Source: a virus
Taxonomy: Duplodnaviria > Caudoviricetes
Direction: 5' to 3' (one strand)
Length of the DNA stretch: 64,000 bases
IMG/VR virus record: IMGVR_UViG_3300013947_000019
Coordinates: 160,001-224,000 of that record
Below the pieces are notes generated by a model. The model did no database searches. It worked only from the letters and a program-made list of their open reading frames with translations, and was not told the DNA's origin. Below are positions 49,984 through 59,125 of this stretch, piece after piece. The position numbers and the translations under genes were made by a program. Every line of letters starts with the position of its first letter. Within the stretch, counting starts at the first letter, position 1.

Positions 49984-51555
49984 TTAAATATCTGTAACTA
50001 CACCATCTTTAATGATAGCAGCATCTTGCTTATGAAAACCATCTGCAGCTTGATAATATACATCATCAATACCATAATTTAGAGTAACCAGATCACTAGA
50101 GTACATATTGGTAATATGATTACCAGTTGTTGTAGGTTGACAAATAATAGTACCAGTATTATAGGTATTAGATTGGATAGTATATTTAGAAACTGCCATT
50201 TTATATCTACTAGAACTACTATCATAAGCACCTAATATATAAAAAATATTATCCTTTTGACAATATCCAAAACTAAAATTCAATTTAATAAAAGGATATG
50301 TAATATTGGTATCAATAACATTTTTAATTACTGATGACGTACTAGTAGGAATATCATATACTACGATATCAGTAAGATTACTTTTGTCTTCAGTATTAGC
50401 TGTTGTACCAATATAAAATACTTTACCATTAAAATTACATACCGCTATTGGACATTGTGCTATAGTATATTCCTTAGGATATATAGTATAATCAGGAATA
50501 GTATAATTTTTATTAGTAATATCATACGTAAATAATAATTTCTCTTTAACGAAATAGTATAAAGTATTATTATAATAAACAAGTTTAGCTACTCTTGTAT
50601 TATAAGAAAAACTATCTGAACTTAAACTTAGTGGATAATTCAAAATATCAACACTTATTAATTGTGTCATCCACATTGTTGAAGCCGTAGTATCGGTAGT
50701 TAATGTTGTCAAATCTAAAGAATATATACGAATTTGTTTAATTGATGTTGAATATTCATAAATAGCACTTACATAAAGAATATTATTAATTACAGTACTA
50801 GCAATATAACGTAAAGAACCATTACTAAAACTAACTCGTGGATTACTATATTTTGGTAAACCAGTGTTAATATTTATATTTGTATATATAAGACTATTAT
50901 CAGTAGCTGTATATTTAGCAAAGAATAGTGTATCATCATATATAAATGATGTATTAGAACTAAAATCTGCATTATAATATTTAGTCGTACTAGTGGTATC
51001 TATAGTAGCAGTATTGGTATCAGTATCTATACAATATAACCATGGTGCAGACCCATTACTGGTATTACCAACTCGCCAACAATATAGTTTACCATCTGAG
51101 GATACGCCGGTAATATAGTTTGAATAACTGGATTCAACTGTTTTATCATATGTTATTGGTAGACGTGATACAATACCATCTTCTAAATAATAATCTTCTT
51201 TAATTAAAATATTACTAACTTCACTTCTATTCCTTTTAATCCATAATCCATTCTGAGCAGTTGGTTGAGATATAGAACAGTAGATATTCATTTCACCCAC
51301 TGTACCACTGGCTTGTGTATTAATATTACGGATATTAGTTGCCATATCATCAAAGCTATCTGTAGAAGCAGTGGACACACCCTTATCTGTAATAGCTTCT
51401 GATATAATTTCCTTACCATATTTTACTAACTCATTATTCATATCACTATAATCTCCTACGTCTGATTTAAGAGCATAGTTATCTGGATCAATTGTACGAC
51501 TTGTTCCATCAGTTCCTTTATATAAAAGCTTTGTACTACCTGTCACAAGCTGGCC
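49984..51555 (-). CDS. Silent fibre cassette E, beta-propeller (GQLVTGSTKLLYKG...)
   Basis: Begins at site E; shares MN.ELVKYGKE.ISEAIT.KGV and QPTAQNGLW with cassette C. Confidence 0.75.
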   Translation of the reverse strand, partial: GQLVTGSTKLLYKGTDGTSRTIDPDNYALKSDVGDYSDMNNELVKYGKEIISEAITDKGVSTASTDSFDDMATNIRNINTQASGTVGEMNIYCSISQPTAQNGLWIKRNRSEVSNILIKEDYYLEDGIVSRLPITYDKTVESSYSNYITGVSSDGKLYCWRVGNTSNGSAPWLYCIDTDTNTATIDTTSTTKYYNADFSSNTSFIYDDTLFFAKYTATDNSLIYTNININTGLPKYSNPRVSFSNGSLRYIASTVINNILYVSAIYEYSTSIKQIRIYSLDLTTLTTDTTASTMWMTQLISVDILNYPLSLSSDSFSYNTRVAKLVYYNNTLYYFVKEKLLFTYDITNKNYTIPDYTIYPKEYTIAQCPIAVCNFNGKVFYIGTTANTEDKSNLTDIVVYDIPTSTSSVIKNVIDTNITYPFIKLNFSFGYCQKDNIFYILGAYDSSSSRYKMAVSKYTIQSNTYNTGTIICQPTTTGNHITNMYSSDLVTLNYGIDDVYYQAADGFHKQDAAIIKDGVVTDI

Positions 51556-51573
51556 GGAACTCAGAAAATCCGA
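51550..51573 (-). repeat. Cassette site E
   Basis: TCGGATTTTCT-GAGTTCC-GGCCAG. Confidence 0.8.
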
Positions 51574-51589
51574 CCATTTAGAAAAATAC

Positions 51590-51615
51590 ATCTCCTCCCT
51601 TATTTGGGAGGAGAT
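51590..51615 (-). terminator. Terminator upstream of site E
   Basis: ATCTCCTCCC / GGGAGGAGAT stem. Confidence 0.7.
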
Positions 51616-51621
51616 TAATCT

Positions 51622-51885
51622 TTATTTCTTTGTAAAACTATATGGATACTTACCTGAATGATCTTTAGTATAATCATTTGTATCAGGATCCAAAACATAA
51701 ATATCATAGAACCAATACATTTTATCATTTACAGCTTTCTTTGCTGTATGGATGGAATACTTCTTAATTCCATCTTTTGTTACTTCTGCTTTATAACGCT
51801 TTTTACCATCAACCTTGACAAACTCAAAGCCTGGTTCAGCATCAGCAAGCATAGCCTGCATCTTCTTCACCGGGAATAAGAACAT
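51622..51885 (-). CDS. Small hypothetical late protein
   Basis: AAAGGAG RBS; late motif at 51923-51936. Confidence 0.7.
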   Translation of the reverse strand: MFLFPVKKMQAMLADAEPGFEFVKVDGKKRYKAEVTKDGIKKYSIHTAKKAVNDKMYWFYDIYVLDPDTNDYTKDHSGKYPYSFTKK

Positions 51886-51983
51886 ATCTCAATCTCCTTT
51901 CATTCAGTATTGGTACACTAACTCTATATAAATGTTCTACATAAATATAATACCCAGATATATGAAGGGAGTGTTTATATAAT

Positions 51984-52223
51984 ATGAGTGCTAATGCCGA
52001 ATTGGTCGAGATTGGGAATTGTCCTCCTGGTGCTCGTGGTAGTTTAACAGAAGATGCGATCAAATGGATGAAAGATAACGGACATTGGCCTGAAGATGAT
52101 CCTGGAACAGGTGGTACTGGAGGCGGAAGTGGCGAAGGTTCTGGTGGTAGTAACAGCAATCATGTATGTGAACCCGATTATGAACTGAAGCATCCGAAAA
52201 AAAATTTCCCTTTTTGGATTTGA
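51984..52223 (+). CDS. Small Gly-rich hypothetical protein
   Basis: AAGGGAG upstream; terminator hairpin downstream. Confidence 0.55.
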   Translation: MSANAELVEIGNCPPGARGSLTEDAIKWMKDNGHWPEDDPGTGGTGGGSGEGSGGSNSNHVCEPDYELKHPKKNFPFWI

Positions 52224-52270
52224 TTCAACCAATAGAAATCCCCACCCTATAATGGGTGGGGACTATTTCT

Positions 52271-52504
52271 TTATTCTGAAACAGAATTTAACTTAGCAAG
52301 ATATGCTTCTAAGCACTCCTCTGGAGTATCAAATTCTTTTTCTAGCATATCTTCGATAGTCATAACTTTATTAATTTCAGTAATATAACCACGCTTTCCT
52401 ATGCAAATAACATCATCATTTTCATAATGAAAATTCTTAATGGCTAAAGCAATTCTTTCATCAGAAGCAGTCTCTCCAACCTTAATAACATAGCCCATAA
52501 ACAT
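52271..52504 (-). CDS. Cassette-linked small protein; paralogue of 23934..24167
   Basis: Same length (77 aa) and shared motifs; GGGAGG RBS. Confidence 0.75.
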   Translation of the reverse strand: MFMGYVIKVGETASDERIALAIKNFHYENDDVICIGKRGYITEINKVMTIEDMLEKEFDTPEECLEAYLAKLNSVSE

Positions 52505-52518
52505 AATTCAATTCCTCC

Positions 52519-54021
52519 CTAAATATCTTTAATAATATTACCATTTTTAATGATTGCACCAGATATTTTCTTAAATCCATCATTAGATTGATAATATATA
52601 TCACTAATTCCAAGATTTAAACTAGCTGCAGAATCATTATATACCTCAGTGTTATCATATATTGTTGGCATACAATATACATTATTATTATCATATAAAT
52701 GTGTGTCTAAATGATATTCAGTTATATATTTAACACCTGTATAGCTACTTTGGCTATTTACATATGCTCCACCACCAATATATAATACCCCATCTACATA
52801 ACTATTTACAGCACCATATGCTTGACTTCTTGCTTGTGAACTTGGAAGTGTTAGATTAGAATATGTATATATTTCAGTATTCAAATCAAATATACTAATT
52901 CGTTTAGCCTCGTTATAAAAAGCATTCGTGGTATCAGCAGAGCTCTTTGTTCCTATATTATATATATAATTAAATAATTTAAACCAACATACCGAACTAT
53001 AACTGTATTTATCAGATAATGGTATTACTGGACTACAAAGTGTTATTATTTTTGATGATATATCTATCTTTCCAAAAATGTAAATTGAATCTTTTAATAA
53101 ATATATTTTATTATCATATATAAATAATGATGTTGGTGTTGTAGCATCTCGGCAATTTACACTAATAAAATTAGTATATGTATCACTGATTAAATCGTAT
53201 TTATCAATCACTATTTTATTATTACTACTACCAGAACTATTATAAATATAATCTTTACTATATACAAAGTTGCCTTCTTTCCAAGTCCCTTGTATATCAT
53301 TTCCTCTAGCAGTTGAAAATTGTTTAGTAGTATATGTATTTGTATTAGGATCCAATATAATAAAATCATTCTTATGATAATATGTATATTCATTATTACA
53401 TACAGTAACATGCTGATATAACTTATTATCATATACAAAAGATGGATTATTATTGTTACCTACTGTGCGAAAGTTTCCAGGTGAAATATTATTAACTGTA
53501 GTAATTATTTTTGTTTTTGTATCATATATAAATCCAGTATTTCTAGTAGTAAATCCATATGAACTCCCTAGATATCCTGAATTTACATAAAATAATCCAT
53601 TAATATAACCACCCCAACAACCCATACAATTCTCTGGTAATAGATTATTAATGGCTTCAATCGTTCCATCAGGAATATAATAATCAGGTTGAATATTGAT
53701 CTTATTTACTTCAGCTGAATTCTTTTTAATCCATATACCATTTTGTATATTAGGTTGAGAGTCAGAACAAACAATATTCAAAATACCACCTATTTCAATT
53801 TTTCTGATATTATTACTCATAGTAGTAAAACTATCAGATGCAGCGGTTGGAACTCCCTTGTCAGTTACCGCTGCGGCAATTAAACTTTTGCCATTACTGA
53901 CAGAGGATTTTAAATTATTTATTTCAGTATTAAGAGTATCTATACTATCTTGGCTAGCTAATTGTATTGTAGAACTATTAAGTCTCAGGAAACCCTTATT
54001 TAGGCCAGTACAGAGCTGGCC
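52519..54021 (-). CDS. Silent fibre cassette F, beta-propeller (GQLCTGLNKGFLRL...)
   Basis: Begins at site F; first ~220 nt nearly identical to the expression gene from 14440. Confidence 0.78.
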   Translation of the reverse strand, partial: GQLCTGLNKGFLRLNSSTIQLASQDSIDTLNTEINNLKSSVSNGKSLIAAAVTDKGVPTAASDSFTTMSNNIRKIEIGGILNIVCSDSQPNIQNGIWIKKNSAEVNKINIQPDYYIPDGTIEAINNLLPENCMGCWGGYINGLFYVNSGYLGSSYGFTTRNTGFIYDTKTKIITTVNNISPGNFRTVGNNNNPSFVYDNKLYQHVTVCNNEYTYYHKNDFIILDPNTNTYTTKQFSTARGNDIQGTWKEGNFVYSKDYIYNSSGSSNNKIVIDKYDLISDTYTNFISVNCRDATTPTSLFIYDNKIYLLKDSIYIFGKIDISSKIITLCSPVIPLSDKYSYSSVCWFKLFNYIYNIGTKSSADTTNAFYNEAKRISIFDLNTEIYTYSNLTLPSSQARSQAYGAVNSYVDGVLYIGGGAYVNSQSSYTGVKYITEYHLDTHLYDNNNVYCMPTIYDNTEVYNDSAASLNLGISDIYYQSNDGFKKISGAIIKNGNIIKDI

Positions 54022-54039
54022 CAACTTCAGAAAATCCGG
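54016..54039 (-). repeat. Cassette site F
   Basis: CCGGATTTTCT-GAAGTTG-GGCCAG. Confidence 0.8.
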
Positions 54040-54067
54040 CCTAGGGTAAAATATTAAAAAGACAAAA

Positions 54068-54093
54068 ATTCCCTCCCAATTAAGGGAGGGAAT
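54068..54093 (-). terminator. Terminator upstream of site F
   Basis: ATTCCCTCCC / GGGAGGGAAT plus T-tract. Confidence 0.75.
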
Positions 54094-54099
54094 ATATTT

Positions 54100-54180
54100 T
54101 TACTCTTTATTTGAAGATAACAGAGCAGCAGTAAAGAAACCTACAATACCACCGATAATCATACCAATGATAAAATTCAT
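54100..54180 (-). CDS. 26-aa hydrophobic mini-protein (MNFIIGMIIGGIVGFFTAALLSSNKE)
   Basis: Directly follows the Dps-like gene and ends just before the terminator. Confidence 0.4.
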   Translation of the reverse strand: MNFIIGMIIGGIVGFFTAALLSSNKE

Positions 54181-54181
54181 A

Positions 54182-54874
54182 TTACTCATCCTCCATTGGT
54201 TCAATCATGGAAGGTTCAGCTTCACTATCTTCCATTTTCTCACCACCATTATCCAGAGGCTCAGCATCAGAATCATCTGTATCATATGCGACATCAGCAT
54301 CAGTGGGCTGCTCTTCATTCAGAAGCTTATTTTCTACATTATGATCCTGAGCAATTACCGGATTCTCTGCAGGAGGGATTACTTCTACGTCCTCAGTCTG
54401 ACTATTAGCTTCAGCCGTAGCTTCAGGAGAACTAACTCCAACAGTACGACCAAGTTTATACAAACCTTCAATACGGAACCACTTTGCATGACCCATGAAG
54501 ATATCCTGTACATCTGTAGGAAGTGAAGCATCTACTGCAAGATGAGCAGCAAAATCATACAGTTCCTTAAACATCTTGTAAGTAGTATCATCTGCAATCT
54601 TACTGGTATAGTCCAGTTCCGGATTCATGATAGTAGCATTAACACCAGTATCCTTACCAAGATGCATCAGAGTATTGCTGATATTCATAGGAATATGACC
54701 CATGGTAATCATAATCTCAGCAGTCTCATCCATCATCTTACTAATCTTCTCATAATACATAGCATAACGAGGATGAACTACATCAAAATCATTGCCCTTC
54801 AGCTTCCAATGAATAACTCGCATATTGTTCTCTGTCAACGTTAACAGAGCATGATATGTTTCAAACGTAGCCAT
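54182..54874 (-). CDS. Dps/ferritin-like protein with acidic tail
   Basis: HWKLKGNDFDVVH...Y.....DE.AE matches the Dps HWN..G..F...H...E.....D..AER signature. Confidence 0.75.
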   Translation of the reverse strand: MATFETYHALLTLTENNMRVIHWKLKGNDFDVVHPRYAMYYEKISKMMDETAEIMITMGHIPMNISNTLMHLGKDTGVNATIMNPELDYTSKIADDTTYKMFKELYDFAAHLAVDASLPTDVQDIFMGHAKWFRIEGLYKLGRTVGVSSPEATAEANSQTEDVEVIPPAENPVIAQDHNVENKLLNEEQPTDADVAYDTDDSDAEPLDNGGEKMEDSEAEPSMIEPMEDE

Positions 54875-55060
54875 AATTTATATTCTCCTTTCAAATATAA
54901 AAGTCCTACATTATACCTATGTCAAACTTATTATTTTATACATAAAAAGAAGAATATAAAGGAGACCCGAGTATGTACCCGGGTCTCCATATATTACAGA
55001 TATTCTACAACACTATATTGTTCTGAACACCCTTATTTAATAGGTTTAAACTATTAAATA

Positions 55061-55951
55061 TTAATAGGCGTTACCAGTAACCTGCCAGGTAGGAGTACCA
55101 ATCTCCTTATCTGTCATGTCCTTAAATCTCTTGTAATACTGCATACGCTGACCCAGCAGCTGCTTAGCCTTATAGACAACAGAAGCATTATTGGAGTCGG
55201 GCATATACACACCAGAGAACTGGACAGTCTTGGGCTCGGCAATATTGATATCACCATTGGTCCAATCCAGATCACTACGAGAAACGCTGGTAGCAATACA
55301 GGAGTTCCACAGAGAGATATCCTGAATACGCAGCATCGTCTGGTCAGTCTGGACAACCATAATAGCGAACGTATAGTTCGGCAGAGAAGGATCCATCAGG
55401 GAACCATCAGCATTCAGTGCACCATGCAGCATAGTAGCCTTAACATTGGCATCGCTGATACCATTGATATAGTACTCCAGAGCACGACGCAGGGGCTCAC
55501 CACGAGTCTCCAAGCAGTTGATCTGGAACGTCGTAGCCTCGTAAGCAGAGGTCAGAGGAGCAGCATAGTTGCGCTCAGCAAAACCAGTGTTCACGTTGGT
55601 CGTGTTCAGCTCCAGGTCAGGCGTACCACTATAAGAAGTAGAGCCCAGCTCCAGCAGAGCCTTCAGGTTCTTGCAGTGCATCTGAGCAACAGCAACAGAA
55701 TCAGAGTCATAACCAGAGATAACGTTACCATTAGCAATAGCCGTCATGAAGGCAGGCATACGCAGCACAAAGATGTGCGAATAGCCGGTGTAAGACGGAT
55801 CAAGCTCACGCAGACGATCCTTGGAGAAGGACATCGTACCACGAATCAGCTGGGACTCGGCATCATAGGGCATAGACTGAGAGATACGACTACCCAGACT
55901 CAGAGCACCATTATTATCCAGCGCATACAGCGGATTGGGATTCATTTCCAT
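55061..55951 (-). CDS. Tail tube protein (putative)
   Basis: Directly downstream of the sheath gene, ~300 aa, strong codon bias. Confidence 0.65.
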   Translation of the reverse strand: MEMNPNPLYALDNNGALSLGSRISQSMPYDAESQLIRGTMSFSKDRLRELDPSYTGYSHIFVLRMPAFMTAIANGNVISGYDSDSVAVAQMHCKNLKALLELGSTSYSGTPDLELNTTNVNTGFAERNYAAPLTSAYEATTFQINCLETRGEPLRRALEYYINGISDANVKATMLHGALNADGSLMDPSLPNYTFAIMVVQTDQTMLRIQDISLWNSCIATSVSRSDLDWTNGDINIAEPKTVQFSGVYMPDSNNASVVYKAKQLLGQRMQYYKRFKDMTDKEIGTPTWQVTGNAY

Positions 55952-55968
55952 ATTCTTACACCTCCTTC

Positions 55969-57864
55969 TTACTCATCCGTCAGGACGATCTCGACATCAG
56001 TGTACTTGCTGATATCCTTCAGATCAACCGTGACCTTGATGATATTTCTAGACTTAGCGAAGCCAATCGTACCACTACGATACACCTCGACATCCAGAGA
56101 AGCACTGTAAGGTGCATACTTCTGATTAATGATGTCATTGACATTCTCGTTGAAGATACGGACTTCCTCAGCCTCATTGAACTTAAAGTGCTGACGATGA
56201 ACCAGAGCCACCAGATCATACAGCATGGAGGAGATCAGGAAAGCATTGTTCAGCTCCGTCTGATCAGAGGTCAGAACAGTATTCATCTCCTGGTCAGCCA
56301 GATAAGCACCAGCCTCACTATCCTTCATAACCACATTGATGCGGCTCATATACAGAGACTGCAGGAACTGAGCATCATTGGCAGGATAAGTCATGGTATC
56401 CTCGATAAAGCCAGTCCAACGGCACAGAGCACCGGCAAACGGCTGGAAAGGATTACCCCACTTATACATATGATCCAACACAGCAATCAGATCGAAGTAA
56501 CCAGCAGGAACCGTGACAGTACGACGAACAAACTCGTTGAACATCATTGGGCTCTGGCACTTAGCAATCAGAGAAATGTTGGGCATATTCTCATAGTAAT
56601 TGGACTGATGATCCACAATAGCAGATTCAAAGGTCTCATTACCAACCATCAGACGAGCAGTGGTCATACGATTGCGCAGCTTGACCAGGTTGACAATCTC
56701 CTTCTTCGTATCTTCATCATAACCCAGATCAGGGATATAGGTGACACGATAACGCAGAACAGAAGAAATGTCCTCCAGAATCTTACCAGCAAAGAAATCC
56801 TTGAACAGCTCGTCAGGAGTCTCATCACCATCAGAACCACCCTGCAGAGTGATAGCATTAGCAGCCTGCATATCCAGAGAATCCTCGTCAGTCACGAAGG
56901 CAAACTCATTAGCAGCAAACATGTCAACTGCAGCAAACGTCTTATTGGGATTAGCCTGAGTACCAGCAATATACTCATCCAGAGTATACAGATACGGATT
57001 AATCAGGTCATAGACATCCTGGATAGACTCAGCGGTCATCATACGCAGAGTAGGATACTCAGCATTGAACTGCGTCTCGATGAAGTAAGAATCATTATAC
57101 TTCTTACCAGAATCGACATCCATACTCATATAACGAGAAGACTCGACAGAGTTGATACCATCAAACACCGTAGCAGTGTAATACACATTACCATCATACT
57201 CGGCAATCTTGGGAGCCAGGCTCATATAGACATTATTACCGAAGACAGAAGCGCCACGATACATGACAGCCATGATGGGCATGCTCTGGTAACCACCCTC
57301 ATCGGGAGTCGTAGAAACCAGGCTGTTCATCTTCTTATACAGATCAACCCACTTCTTGCAGTTAGCAACATACTGCAGCTCAAACTTGGCATGCAGAACG
57401 TCACGAACAACAGGCTTACCAGCCGTAGGAGAAGTAGTCAGCTGACCATTTTCATCATAGTAATAGGGAGCACCCTTCATATCAGTATAAGGAACATCCT
57501 TCTCAACCTTATACTTCATCACTACCACTGCATTTGCAAAGGTAGCAGATGCACCACGGACGTTGATCGTATACACACCAACGTCAGCTCCGCTCGCCAG
57601 AGCGGCATAGATCGCATCGGCACCAAAGCCATTCTTCAGGCAGTTCGGGGTCCCATGCGCATTCAGATAACGATTAACTTCACCAGGATAATACAGCTCC
57701 AGGGAGTTGGTCGTACCAACAGGAACGTGAATAGGAATCAGGACATTAAAGTCCGGGGTTTCCTGCGTCGTGGTGGTAGTCTCATCTCGCAGGACCGTGT
57801 TATCGGTGATCTTGACAGTCATATTAGAAAATGAATAAGACTTGTCTTGATCTAATACGAGCAT
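55969..57864 (-). CDS. Contractile tail sheath protein
   Basis: YRGASVFGN, LQGGSDG, PFAG, INVV..D...YL..Q, FKFN sheath-type motifs; late motif at 57923-57936. Confidence 0.8.
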   Translation of the reverse strand: MLVLDQDKSYSFSNMTVKITDNTVLRDETTTTTQETPDFNVLIPIHVPVGTTNSLELYYPGEVNRYLNAHGTPNCLKNGFGADAIYAALASGADVGVYTINVRGASATFANAVVVMKYKVEKDVPYTDMKGAPYYYDENGQLTTSPTAGKPVVRDVLHAKFELQYVANCKKWVDLYKKMNSLVSTTPDEGGYQSMPIMAVMYRGASVFGNNVYMSLAPKIAEYDGNVYYTATVFDGINSVESSRYMSMDVDSGKKYNDSYFIETQFNAEYPTLRMMTAESIQDVYDLINPYLYTLDEYIAGTQANPNKTFAAVDMFAANEFAFVTDEDSLDMQAANAITLQGGSDGDETPDELFKDFFAGKILEDISSVLRYRVTYIPDLGYDEDTKKEIVNLVKLRNRMTTARLMVGNETFESAIVDHQSNYYENMPNISLIAKCQSPMMFNEFVRRTVTVPAGYFDLIAVLDHMYKWGNPFQPFAGALCRWTGFIEDTMTYPANDAQFLQSLYMSRINVVMKDSEAGAYLADQEMNTVLTSDQTELNNAFLISSMLYDLVALVHRQHFKFNEAEEVRIFNENVNDIINQKYAPYSASLDVEVYRSGTIGFAKSRNIIKVTVDLKDISKYTDVEIVLTDE

Positions 57865-58043
57865 AGAACTTTACCTCCTTTAGCTAAAGGTTTTTGATAC
57901 AATTTTGCTGTAATATAATACCCTTATATTACTGTTTAGACTCTTCTTTAACCAATAAAAAGAAAAGAAACATCCCCTCCTTTTCAGGAGGGGAATATTT
58001 CATACTATGATACCTTACATCAACTATAATGACTATAATAATG

Positions 58044-58841
58044 TTATGTATTTTCTTTCTGAATACGCTTATCACGTTCAGCAATTAGATCAGATACATC
58101 CATACCACGGACAATACGTTCCATAATTGTAGGATCATCCACAATACCATCTCTCTTACGATTAACAGAAGAGATCAGAGAAGTATTAATATCTTCATTA
58201 GAGAATGCCTGATAGGTAGAGCCAGCCATACCTTCCTGTCTCATGTTCAAAGAAGTAATATCATCCATGTTTTCTGGACTACCCATACGAGCACGTTTCA
58301 TAGATCCAGCCATACGATAACGTTCAGCAATCATCATCTCTTCTTCCTCAGAAGGAATCTTCAGCTTCAACTTATTCATACGCTGACAATCCTGTAACAT
58401 TTCAGCAGCTTCATCAGGTAAAACATGATCCAACTTACCACCTTCAATACGACTCAGCATAATCATAACATTGGCATTAGATTGAATCACATTCAAATTC
58501 TCAATAAATAAATCGTCTTGATAGAAAGTCAAAACGATACATCTACGAGAACGACCACCTTTAATGAAAACAACATCTCGTACATCGATTTCAGTAGGTA
58601 CAGAAGTAATAATGACTGGTAAACCAAGTGTATATACTTTAACGGAAGTTGGATTCGTCATCTCCTTCTCAGATTGAAAGAATCGCATATTACCAACACC
58701 AAAATATCTGACACGAGTACCAGCAACCTCATAGTAGTTCTGTCCTCGATAAGCTTTCTCGCCATAATCAGCAGGAATATACACTTCCATACAGTAACAA
58801 CCTACATAGGCATTGTTATCTTTAATGATAATATTTTTCAT
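58044..58841 (-). CDS. Possible RNAP beta' C-terminal fragment (split subunit)
   Basis: E.MIAERYR...STYQAFSNEDINTSL...D.PTIMERIVRG resembles the beta' region H pattern S....SFE....L......D.L....E.II.G. Confidence 0.5.
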   Translation of the reverse strand: MKNIIIKDNNAYVGCYCMEVYIPADYGEKAYRGQNYYEVAGTRVRYFGVGNMRFFQSEKEMTNPTSVKVYTLGLPVIITSVPTEIDVRDVVFIKGGRSRRCIVLTFYQDDLFIENLNVIQSNANVMIMLSRIEGGKLDHVLPDEAAEMLQDCQRMNKLKLKIPSEEEEMMIAERYRMAGSMKRARMGSPENMDDITSLNMRQEGMAGSTYQAFSNEDINTSLISSVNRKRDGIVDDPTIMERIVRGMDVSDLIAERDKRIQKENT

Positions 58842-59125
58842 ACAATCACCTCACTATTTATATAGGTGTTCCAAATACTGAGCTGATCAGCATAAATACA
58901 ATATACACAAAAGATCAAACCGATGCAGGCTATCCAAAAAATGACAAGTGTGGCAAGTAGATTTATCATATACCATTTACGGGTATATACAAGCTCTATA
59001 TAAGGAGTGGATACATGAAAGTACCCACTCCAAATAGTCAGAGCCCAGATCATACAAAGTACTAAAAATATTTGCACATAGATAAGAAGTGCAATACCCC
59101 CAATACTTAGAAGTCTGTAGATCAC
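58838..59125 (-). CDS. Two-TM membrane protein
   Basis: Two hydrophobic segments; overlaps both neighbours by 4 nt. Confidence 0.6.
   Translation of the reverse strand: MIYRLLSIGGIALLIYVQIFLVLCMIWALTIWSGYFHVSTPYIELVYTRKWYMINLLATLVIFWIACIGLIFCVYCIYADQLSIWNTYINSEVIV

Noticed and set aside
51556-51591. ATG 51591, and the TTG/GTG starts at 49944, 54024, 25791 and 20394, as true cassette starts
   Set aside because: They lie inside terminator stems or the sites themselves and have no properly spaced RBS.
19730-54039. Repeated ~24-bp palindromic sites read as CRISPR repeats or simple repressor operators
   Set aside because: They are kilobases apart with no spacers. An operator role does not explain the fixed reading-frame register with the expression gene, although protein binding is not excluded.
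56188-57834. Long antisense ORFs (also 921..1793, 28467..29393 and 55424..56110)
   Set aside because: They shadow strongly codon-biased real genes on the opposite strand, lack RBSs and have non-protein-like composition.
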